From positions 106,283-170,282 of the forward strand of contig CAYYFB010000002.1 in the NCBI GenBank assembly GCA_964471255.1: DNA of 64,000 nucleotides. Reading direction: 5' to 3'. Positions 63,879-64,000 of the stretch are shown here, piece after piece. The position numbers were made by a program, and so were the translations under genes. Position 1 is the stretch's first letter. Every line of letters starts with the position of its first letter. The notes under the pieces were generated by a model, which was not told the origin of the DNA, made no database searches, and saw only the letters and a list, made by a program, of their open reading frames with translations. The DNA comes from Candidatus Woesearchaeota archaeon. Its GTDB lineage: Archaea; Nanobdellota; Nanobdellia; CAYMVK01; CAYYFB01.

Positions 63879-64000
63879 ACAATATATTATTTTTCCCTTC
63901 CATTTCAAAAATAAAAATTAAAGAAAAGAATCTAAGAGATGTTTGTTCTTCCTTAATTCTTCAATCTTTGCAAGCAATTTAGCTATGTTTTTATGATATT

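Noticed and set aside
1-64000. CRISPR arrays, transposases, integrases, prophage genes or rRNA operons.
   Set aside because: There are no regularly spaced direct repeats and no ORFs with DDE transposase, tyrosine or serine recombinase, or capsid/terminase motifs. No rRNA-like sequence was seen. The tRNA genes are not flanked by partial tRNA duplications that would mark an integration site.

Overview
The window is an AT-rich (by eye about one third G+C), densely coded stretch of archaeal chromosome. Proteins are rich in K/E/I, which fits a thermophile, but I cannot name the lineage.

**Archaeal markers**
- Ribosomal proteins: L7Ae-S28e-L24e, L14e, L35Ae.
- Cbf5, ABCE1, GatE, archaeal-type AspRS and LeuRS, diphthine synthase, RtcA, RNase Z.
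- An Orc1/Cdc6 gene next to ORB-type origin repeats.
- Intron-containing tRNAs.

**Gene content**
- About 75 protein genes: housekeeping translation and nucleotide genes, TrkAH, CorA, ABC transporters and many hypotheticals.
- Five tRNAs, two of them with introns that have box C/D sRNA architecture.
- Two free-standing box C/D sRNA candidates at convergent gene ends.
- A canonical oriC upstream of cdc6.
- Three HEPN-MNT pairs, a PIN/RHH pair and a RelE-like orphan.
- No CRISPR array, transposase, integrase or rRNA was seen.

**Most unusual observations**
1. The GC-rich 9-mer CTGGAGCGG/CCGCTCCAG occurs at least 33 times exactly, plus about 35 one-mismatch variants. It is found in all reading frames, on both strands and in intergenic DNA. 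Copies are densest around oriC/cdc6 and absent from a 22.8 kb stretch.
2. The tRNA(CAT) intron carries a C/D guide that can pair with the T-loop so that C56 is the predicted 2'-O-methylation target.
3. A 1144-aa Cys-rich surface protein and its 261-aa partner gene are followed by a decayed, divergent second copy of the cassette's end.
4. An operon encodes a xylose-isomerase-like TIM barrel split by a roughly 330-aa coiled-coil insertion, flanked by two paralogous nucleotidyltransferases.

All counts are hand tallies and need computational confirmation. sRNA targets cannot be tested because no rRNA lies in the window.
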